Source: Macrostomum hystrix (taxonomy: Eukaryota > Animalia > Platyhelminthes). Taken from it: a stretch of 64,000 bases of DNA. Made by a program: the position numbers and the translations under genes. Below, one piece after another: positions 51,364-61,600 of the stretch. Location: contig CATNEN010000007.1 in assembly GCA_950097015.1 (NCBI GenBank), forward strand, positions 4,650,001 through 4,714,000, written 5' to 3'. Numbering within the stretch: position 1 is the first letter of the stretch; each line of letters starts with the position of its first letter. The notes beneath the pieces were generated by a model that searched no databases, was not told where the DNA came from, and saw only the letters and a program-made list of their open reading frames with translations.

Positions 51364-52329
51364 CTGCCAATGTCACGGCGTGTCACCTGCAGCCAAGAAA
51401 ATTTCTTGGAAATTTGTTCTCGCCGATTTCTAAGAAATCGCTTCTTTATTAAATCACTGTGGCGAAAATCCTGCTTAAAAATAGTCTTATCAGTCTGGTA
51501 CGGGAAATCTTTACCTGCACTTTCATTAAAGCCGTCTTGGTTTCTTAGAAACGTTGCACTACTGTTTCTTAGGGATCAACTAACTATTACTCCTAACAGT
51601 ATCTGCTTACATCGCATCGCCAGCAAATCAAAGTCAGCTTCATTCCTCATTTTCTTGTCATTTTGTAAAGCTTTTTTGTAATAATGGAAATTTGTCCCTT
51701 ACTAACTGCTTATATCCATGAAATAGTGTTCCGTTCAATTCTTTGTGTCAGTTGTTTATACACAATTGAAAGTAAGAAATATCAATTGTCATTGATAGTT
51801 GGCCATTTAGCAGTTTCAATATCAAGGCTGATGCATTTACTTATTTAACAGAATATTTATTAGACACTAGCTTGTGCACTACTCGCAGTAGTAAAAAAGC
51901 ATTTATTTGTTATGAATTGAAATAGCGCTAAAAGAAAATATCATTTCGGGTTTTGAAGGATCAAGAATGCGGCAGTTTTAGCAGAATTAGTCCATTGAAT
52001 TGAATAGTTATATAGGAGAGACACTGACAATCGAAAATACAGAATCAATGGATCATACTCCATAGTGATTGTTGGATTAGGAGACGGTTAAACAGGTGTT
52101 ATGTAACACCAGCGTGATCCCCTTCATTCTCGAATCTAACAAAATATTCCTAGTTGTTCAATTTACACTCGTAATTATGAGAAGACAAAAGTTCAGAAAT
52201 ATTCACAACATGTGTGTGGCACAGACACAACTAATTTACTAGCATAGAGCATTGGGAAATAAATGACTCCTGTTACGGGATTAGAAATATTTGATTTAAT
52301 GCAACATTTGGAACACTGTATTAAGAATT

Positions 52330-52582
52330 ATTTTTAATCAGATGTGCAGCCGACAGCACAGCCGCAGCTATTGCGCGGCGCATCTGCAGGCTGCGAACGG
52401 CCGTTCAGTCCATGGACTGGGGGACGCCACGCCCACCCTCAGTTACCCCAGCTGATGCTGGTACCCATTTAATAGCTGGGTGAACTGAAGCAATGCAGAG
52501 TGAAGTGTCTTGCTAAATTACATAAAGGAGTCGGGAATCGAACCCCTGACCTCCGAAGCTCTAACCACTAGGCTACAACCTG
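52330..52582 (-). mobile_element. tRNA-derived SINE family 1, near full length
   Basis: Minus-strand GTAGCCTAGTGG...GGTTCGATTCCC head with the same body and 3' end as the other copies. Confidence 0.85.
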
Positions 52583-52636
52583 CCAAAACAGTTGAGCAAT
52601 CTACCCCAGAGAAGAGCCAAGCCAATCAACCGTTGC

Positions 52637-55600
52637 CTAGGCAGTGGAGGGCTGCTCAAGCCGCAGGTGTCTGAGAATCAGCCGCCTCAGGCTCCTGTTT
52701 GGAATGAGCTGCTGCTGCAGCGGCTGACCGGTCATGGGGCTGAGCACTCGGCCTGTGGCAAACCAGGTCTCAATAGCCGACCGCTCATATGTATGACCGT
52801 CGGCAGCTATGACCGGATCGAGCATGACCTCCCGAGTCACCGGGCATATGAACTCCGCTGGCGGAACTGCGAAAGTTGCACGAGTTTTGGAAATTCCGAG
52901 AAAGTAAAGTGGCGGAGTAGGAAGGGGCGGAGTAGGAAGGGCGGAGTAGGAAGGGCGGAGTAGGAAGGGGCGGAGTAGGAAGGGACGGAGTAGGAAGGGG
53001 CGGAGTAGGAAGGGCGGAGTAGGAAGGGCGGAGTAGGAAGGGGCGGAGAAGGGGCAGAGTAGGAAGGGCGGAGAAGGGCGGAGAAGGGCGGAGTAGGAAG
53101 GGGCGGAGTAGGAAGGGGCGGAGTAGGAAGGGGCGGAGTAGGAAGGGCGGAGTAGGAAGGGCGGAGTAGGAAGGGCGGAGTAGGAAGGGCGGAGTAGGAA
53201 GGGCGGAGTAGGAAGGGGCGGAGAAGGGGTAGAGTAGGAAGGGCGGAGAAGGGCGGAGTAGGAAGGGCGGAGTAGGAAGGGCGGAGAAGGGCGGAGTAGG
53301 AAGGGCGGAGTAGGAAGGGCGGAGTAGGAAGGGCGGAGAATGAAGGGGCGGAGAAGGAAGGGGCGGAGAAAGAAGGGGCGGAGAAGGGTCGGAGTAGGAA
53401 GGGTGGAGAAGGAAGGGGCGGAGAAGGAAGGGGCGGAGAAGGGGCGGAGTAGAAAGGGCGGAGAAGGAAGGGGTGGAGAAAGGAAGGGGCGGAGTAGGAA
53501 GGGGCGGAGAAGGAAGGGGTGGAGTAGGAAGGGCGGAGAATGATGGGGCGGAGAAGGAAGGGGCGGAGAAGGAAGGGGCAGAGAAGGAAGGGACGGAGAA
53601 GGAAGGGCGGAGTAGGAAGGGGCGGAGAAGGAAGGGACGGAGAAGGAAGGGACGGAGAAGGAAGGGGCGGAGAAGGAAGGGACGGAGAAGGAAGGGACGG
53701 AGAAGGAAGGGGCGGAGAAGGAAGGGACGGAGAAGGAAGGGGCGGAGAAGGAAGGGACGGAGAAGGAAGGGGCGGAGAAGGAAGGGACGGAGAAGGAAGG
53801 GGCGGAGAAGGAAGGGACGGAGAAGGAAGGGGCGGAGAAGGAAGGGACGGAGAAGGAAGGGGCGGAGAAGGAAGGGACGGAGAAGGAAGGGGCGGAGAAG
53901 GAAGGGACGGAGAAGGAAGGGGCGGAGAAGGAAGGGACGGAGAAGGAAGGGGCGGAGAAGGAAGGGACGGAGAAGGAAGGGGTGGAGAAGGAGGGTTTTT
54001 AATGCATTTGCTTCGGCACGAAACACGAGTAAAATTTGTTTCCTCAAATTGGCCGGTTAGGAAAACTTTCAATTCCCAAATCCGCAGCCGCTCATGAATA
54101 ATTCAGGCGGCAGGCTGGTGAAAATGGGACTCAGCTAAGCTGTGTGGGAGCTCTGCTGCCCGTCTTGTGCGCATGGGCTCACAGAAACGCAAGGGAAAAG
54201 CAGGACAGAGTGGGTGTGGGGGTTGAAACACGCTCCTCGGCTGTGTTTAAAAGCAACAAAGTCCGCTGCCAGTGTCCGTGTCAATTTGGGAAAATTAACT
54301 CCACTAAAAGCGCCAACCGCGTCGGACTTGAAGACAAGTGCCCGAGACAAGACCATCACAGTAAATGAGAGCCTCACCTGCACGGCTTGGAGACAAGTGC
54401 CCGAGACAAGACCATCACAGTAAATGAGAGCCTCACCTGCACGGCTTGGAGCCACTGACTGCCGGCGCGAGGTGTCGCTTAGCAAGGCCACGGCGTCCAG
54501 AATCCTGCGACGGTCAGCCGGCTGATCTGGAAGTGCGGAGGGGATGGGATTAAAGGGCGGATCGGATGGGAATAGAGGGCGGTTGGCATTCGAATAGAGG
54601 GCGGATGGCATTCGAATGGAGGGCGGATGGGATTGGAACAGAGGGTGGATGGGATAAAAATGAGGGCGGATGGGATGGAATAGAGGGCGGATGGGATTGG
54701 AATAGAGGGCGGATGGGATAAAAATGAGGGCGGATGGGATGGAATAGAGGGCGGATGGGATTGGAATAGAGGGCGGATGGAATGGAATAGAGGGCGGATG
54801 GGGTTGGAATAGAGGGCGGATGGGATTGGAATAGAGGGCGCATGGGATAAAAATGAGGGCGGATGGGATGGAATAGAGGGCGGATGGGATTGGAATAGAG
54901 GGCGGATGGGATTGGAATAGAGGGCGGATGGGATTGGAATAGAGGGCGGATGGGATTGGAATAGAGGGCGGATGGGATTGGAATAGAGGGCGGATGGGAT
55001 TGGAATAGAGGGCGGATGGGATTGGAATAGAGGGCGGATGGGATTGGAATTTCCCTCTCAATTGGGGGATTTCAATCCCAAGGAAGGCCAGCTCATTTAG
55101 AGTTGGAGGAATTCGATAAAATCCAGGTTGGAAAAACCGCCAGTCCAGCTCAAGCTTTGAGAAGTTTGAGATGAAACCCTGGACCGCATGGTTCTCGCCA
55201 ATCCCAGAAAAATGGCCAATTTCTCGGTTTTTACAGCAAGCGAAAGAAACGCGAGCAGCCAGAGCTGGCTCCGGGGATAGTGTCGGATGCAGATGAGGAA
55301 AAATCCAACGAAAATTCTCCCCTTCCTTCGCTCCCTCAGTCCCCCTGCGGTGCGGCTGTCCCAGGGTTGGTAACAGGAGACCCGGTGCGCCGGGCCTTAG
55401 TGCTGTGAATTATTTAAACTGGAACGGCTGCATTGGCCTCCGTTTGAGACTAGACTCACAGCTGTTTTCGTTCTGTGAGTTGCGTGGGAGGAACCCAAGG
55501 CCTTGTACCATCGGCGGTGGGACAAATGATTCCGGAAGGCAGATGTGCAAAGTAACAATTGTTAAGGGATCTTGTAAACATGTGAATGGGAAAATGTCAC

Positions 55601-58600
55601 AGCATCACACAGTCACCAGCTGTCACAGCATCACACAGTCACCAGCTGTCACAGCATCACACAGTCACCAGCTGTCACAGCATCACGGAGCTTGTCCGAA
55701 GCTCTCACCGACACGGCTCGCACCGGCGGGACACAGCGCCTGTGAGGTATGAGTCAGACCAGGCCCACGGGCTAAGGTCTGCGATGCCTCACACCTGCAG
55801 TCGCTTTTTGAGCAGGCCTGGCAGGAAGGAGCCCTGTGCCTTCGGGTGCAGGAATCCCTCCACGCTGTCCCGTCAGCTGACCCATGGGTACACGTCCCGC
55901 GAGTGTTCAAGGCTGACCCTAGGGCTGCCGGACAGAATGGGCAACAGCGCTGGATGACCCATCCAGGGCCTCTGGCCAAACTGGGTACCTCTAGCCCCGG
56001 CTGGAGGGAAAGGTGTCACCCTCTGACCTTTACAGGGTATGCGGCCAGTCCGCAGCGTTCGTGCACCTGTGCGTGATCAGGTACCTCTGGCTACGGCTCT
56101 GAGGGAAAGGTGTCACCCTTCGACCTTAACAGGGTATGCGGCCAGTCCGCAGCGTTCGTGCACCTGTGCGTGATCAGGTACCTCTGGCTACGGCTCTGAG
56201 GGAAAGGTGTCACCCTTCGACCTTAACAGGGAATGCGGCCAGTCCGCAGCGTTCGTGCACCTGTGCGTGATCAGGTACCTCTGGCTACGGCTCTGAGGGA
56301 AAGGTGTCACCCTTCGACCTTAACAGGGTATGCGGCCAGCTCCGCAGGCCCCGGTTTCCGGCCATTTGGTGCCCTCTAATGTCCCCAGTGCATCCGTGCT
56401 GTTGGGCGTTTGCCGGACCTTGGTCCGCGCTTTGGCTGGGGAGTATTCCAGCCGCTAACGGTGTTTCACTCTCTCTGTTGCTCCCGGCTGGCTTGGGGTG
56501 TCGGCCAGTCGGGCTTTTCTCACTCGTTATCGAGCAGCCCCCCACCCGCTTTTCAGCCATGGCCTCGCCCATTTCTTCAATCGAAACCGAAAACTCGGCC
56601 GCTCCGGACGCTGCCACTGGCAGGTCCCACGTCCTCGGTGTAGCCGGTGGGTCTGAGAATCCCGCCACCGGAATCGTCGACCAAAATAAGCGCAACCCGA
56701 GCCGCAAACGCTCGGAGGAAGCGCGTGCTAGGCGCAACCAGAAGCGCAACGAACGCCGCCGCAATGCTGCGGCGGCTGCGACTGGTGGGCGCCCGACACC
56801 TGCACAGGAGGCGGGTGCGAAAAATGCGGCCGGGCCACCTGGATCCGCCGCCCCCACCGCCGCGCCGGCCATCACCATCTCCAAGGCCAGCACCGACGCC
56901 GACGGGAAGAGCGTGGAAGGCGCAGCAGGGCCTTCTGGAGCCGCCGCCCCCAGCGCCATCACGGCCACCACCACTCACAAGGCCGGCACGTCCAACGCCA
57001 GCAAGGCCAAGGAGACTTACGCCTCCAAAGCCAAGCGGGAGCCTGGCCAGCCGGCCATCATTGTGGTCGGCGAGGAACAGGACCTCTCGGACGAGCAGCT
57101 CAAGAGCATGCTCAAAACCATCGACGAGGGCCTCACGGACCTGGCACTGGCTGGGACACCAGTCAGCGTTGTCAGGTCTGAAGCGCAGGAGGGGGCTGTC
57201 CTCCTCTGGTGCAAATCGGCCGGGGATAGCCGTCTACTGCGCGATCGGATCAAAGATTTCAAGTGGAGCACCGATGTCGGAAGACTGAGGTGCACCACCG
57301 AGTCTGAGCGTCCACGGACCCGACGCCATCGCGTCTGGGTCCCCGACGCCTGCTCAATCCGGTCCGGGGACCAACTTCGGCAGCTGCTGCTGAAGATGAA
57401 CCCGGACCTCCCAGCCTCCGGGCTGATCTGCCACGAGACCGTCCGCAAAGGAGCGGAGGGTTTCACGGCGATCTACGGCTTCTCCGAAGCCTGGTCCAAA
57501 AGGATCCCTCACAAGAGCGTTATCAAACCGGGACTCTACCCGCTGACCATCCTGGATTGTCAGGAGAGGAAGGCCGGGGAGGGACCGGAAAACAAGCGGA
57601 CCGCTCCTGGCCCTGGGGCGAAAGCTCCGCCAGCTAAGCGGCATGCGACGTCCGTAGACCCCCGCCCTGGCAAAAATATCCGCGTCGCCGAATCCGGCCC
57701 CCGAGATCGTAGACCAGCCCGCAACAACCGCAAATCGGGCCTGGTCTTGCGGGCGCTCAGCGAAGCCCGGGCGCTCAAAGAGCACCTGGAGCGCTCCCGC
57801 GCTGCAAAAGCGCAAACCTCCTCCCCCCCTAGCCAGCCGCAGAGTGCCGGGACCCACGGAGCGGTGGCCACCGACTGGTCTGAGGATCTCCCTCACCGGA
57901 AGGAGGCCGCCATCCACACGGACCCGACCCCCGAGAGCGAGGCGTCGAGTGATGGCAGCGACTGCACCGTTGTTGGGTGGAGCGGCCGGGACACGCAGCG
58001 GTCAGAGCAGCAGCTCTCCGCAGCGATTCCCGCCGTTCCCTCCACAGCGGATGCGGGCGCGCCGCTACTCATGGAGGTCTGCAGCCCGACCCCGTCTGAG
58101 GAGGACGAGCTGCTCAAGGAGTCTCCCGCTGGACCATGATCGGCCAGACTGGGACTACCTGCCTGCAGGTCAACCTGCAACACTGCATAGCTGCATCCGT
58201 CAATCTGATGCGCTATGTCGAGCTCAACACGCCGGGTCTCATCCTCGTCCAGGAGCCGTGGACTCATAAAGGTAAGCCTCAAAATGTACCCAATGGGTAT
58301 CACTGCTTCTACAACAGCCGTCACCGGGAGAACCAAAATCCCAGGGCGTGCATCCTCGTGAGAGACTCCCTCAACGCCTGGTACAGACCCGACCTTTCTG
58401 ATCGGGACACCTGTGTCATCCAGACGGAGAGCATCCTCCCAGGCAAAACCGTCTTAATCGCCTCGGTTTATTTACCGGGCGACAGGCCGGCAGTCCCTGA
58501 GGAGCTGATCTCCCTGACTGAAACCTGCGCTACCAAAAACTATGAGCTCATGGTGGCTGGCGATATAAACGCCCACCACACCCACTGGGGGAGCTCTGAC

Positions 58601-61600
58601 ATTAACTCGAGAGGCGAGGACCTCCTTGCCTACATCCTAACCACGCCTCTGGAGTTCTGCAACACAGGGAGCACCCCGACATTTGACAATGGACGATGGT
58701 CTGAGGTCATCGACGCCACTCTAGCCACACCTGGGCTCTACCAGAGCCTTAGGGAGTGGCAGGTTCTGCCGGAGACCTCCCTCTCCGATCACAAATACAT
58801 CTCTTTCCAACTGGCGGGTGCACGCTGCACTAACCAGATCACTTGGAAAAGGAACGCTAGGAATACCGATTGGGAAGCCTTCAGGTATAGCCTCGAAGGA
58901 ACCCAACGGAACCTCAGCCCCCCCGCCAACACCTGCGATGAAGCGGATGAGCTAGCTGAGTTTCTCACCAACTCGCTGACCACCGCCTTCGAGGCCTCCT
59001 GCCCCCTCAAAGCTTACAGAGGCAAAACTTCGGCCCCATGGTGGAATCCGCAGCTCGGCGAGCTCCGTCGAACGGCGAAGCGGCTGCACCGCAGGGCCAC
59101 GAAGACCAAAAACCCGGCTGATCAGGCTGCGTATCTCGAAGCCATCCATAGCTTCAAGAAGGAAGTCAGAAACGCCAAAAACAGCAAGTGGCGGCAATAC
59201 TGTGAGGAGCTTGAGGGCACTCGCCCCACCTCCAGAATTGTCAAAGCCCTCACGCTGGACAAAATGTCCAAGCTTTCGACGGTGAGGAAGGCCGATGGCC
59301 GACCCACCGAGAACCCTGGGGAAACGCTCGACACTATGCTCACAGCCTTTTTCCCCAGCGTGCCAGCAGGGACAGACCCCCCGGATCACACCGAGGGAGG
59401 TCATATCCTTGCGACGTCCATCATTACTGAAGACCGGGTTACCAAGGCAGCCCAGTCTTTCAAACCCTTCAAATCCCCGGGGCCGGACGGCATTATACCA
59501 GCCTTCATCCGCGAGGCGGTAAAATGCCATGGCTTCCTCACTAATCTTTGCAAGCTCCTTAAGGCTTGCATTGTGCTTGGGTATGTTCCGAAGGCATGGA
59601 CCGAGGCGAGGGTGGTTTTTATCCCCAAGCCAGGCCGCCCGGACTACCATTCCATTAAATCGTTTCGGCCAATTAGCCTAACCTCCACCATGGTCAAACT
59701 GATGGAGAGATTGGTGCTCTGGTGCCTCCTCTCTGTGGAGCTGAAAAATATGCCACTAAGCGGCAATCAACACGCCTTTCGGTCGGGACGTTCCACCGAA
59801 AGCGCTCTCCACGCTCTGGTGGACGCTCTGGAAAAGGCCGTCCTCGGGAACGGCTTTGCCCTGAGCATCTTCCTGGATATTGACGGGGCCTTCGACAACG
59901 TTCTCTTCGAGGCGTTTGACAGGGCCCTACGTATGCGGCACACGCATTCGCATCTTAGGAGGTGGATCATGTACATGGTCCGCCACCGCACTGCTACGGC
60001 ACACCTTCTTGGACACCAGCGGACGGTCACTGTCTGCAAAGGTTGCCCACAAGGCGGCGTCCTCTCACCAGTTCTCTGGAACATGGTTATCGACGAGCTC
60101 TTACGAGACTCTCAGCCAGACCCCATCCTAAAGGTCGGCTATGCGGATGATGTTACGGCAGTGGCATCTGGCCCGGTACCAGAGGCCCTCCGAGACCTTC
60201 TGCAAAACTTTATCAACAACGCCGAAAGATGGGCAACTCGCTGCGGTCTGAAGCTCTCCGAGTCTAAGACAGCGGCGATCATGTTCACCAGCAAAAACAA
60301 ATGGCATATTCGCCCCCTGCAGCTTTATGGAAAGGACATCACCTTCCAGAAGCAAACTAAATGCCTGGGCATAACGCTCGATCACAGGCTCAGCTGGACT
60401 CCTCATGTCCATGCCAAAGCCAAAAAGGCCTTTGCGATCCTGGCGCAGCTGCGCAGGGCGGTGGGCAACACGTGGGGTCTCACCCCCAAACGTCTATGGT
60501 GGATCTACACTGCTATGGTCAGGCCGGCTGTCTCGTACGCCGGACTGATCTGGGCTAGTGCCCTGCAGCTTAAGACCTGCCATGAGACTCTTCGGAGAGT
60601 GCAAGGTCGCGCATGTCGAACGATCATGAGCGCCCCGCCATCCGCCCCCTTCGATGGCCTCAACGCCTTCTTGAACATCCTCCCGCTCGATATCTTTATC
60701 CGCGGGGAGGCGGCAAAAACCGCCCGGCGTCTCGTTGATGCCGGTGTGCGCTTCGTCCCCCAACGAGCGGCAGCGAAGCGAAAGCTCCTGCCGCACACGG
60801 ACCTTTGCCTGAGAGACTTGGGTGCGAGCAACGGAATCAATGTCCTTACGGACGGTGAACCGTGCTCGCTCAACCTCCTTCAGCGCTTTAAGGTTCTCAT
60901 CCCCACCAGGGACCAAGTTAGCGACCACTGGAACACCCAGGAGGTCCACTGCTACACGGACGGATCCATGAAGGATGGCTCCGCTGGCTTCGGGGTCTGT
61001 ATCCTTATCAACGGACGTGTTGTCGCCACACACGCCCAACACACTGGAAAATCCTCGAGCGTTTTCCAGAACGAGGTCCTGGCCATCAGCTCCTGCGCTG
61101 CGGAGTTGAATGAGAAAAACATCTCAGGCAGGACTATCATCTTTCACTCGGACAGTCAGGCTGCTCTGCAAGCCCTCTGTCACACCACCACAACCTCCCG
61201 GACAGTCTCCGACTGTGTCCGGCAGCTCAATAACCTGGCCGGTAAGAATACCGTCAGACTTCAGTGGATACCAGGGCACGCCGGTTTCCCTGGTAACGAG
61301 CTTGCTGACCACCTGGCCAAGCAGGGAGGAGCCAGCTCTGCGCCGGGCCCCTCCCCCCCGGCTCCGATTCCGAGCACCGTCATTTATCGTCAGATTAATG
61401 ATTGGACTGCCAACCTCCATCTTACCCGGTGGAGAAGCACCACTAACTGCCGCCAATCCAAAGCGGCAGTTCCAGTGCCATCCGCTCGGCTCCGGAAGGT
61501 CCTTCTGAACCAGACCCGGAAGGACATCCGGGCCCTCACCATGACCCTCACGGGCCATGGCTGCTACGCCAGACACTGTTTCCTCCGTGGAGACCTCCGG

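Noticed and set aside
52785-55061. Long Pro/Leu- or Arg/Gly-rich ORFs (52785-54047, 52837-54072, 53473-54060, 54135-55061)
   Set aside because: Read-through of intronic G-rich minisatellites. The real exons are the short non-repetitive parts.
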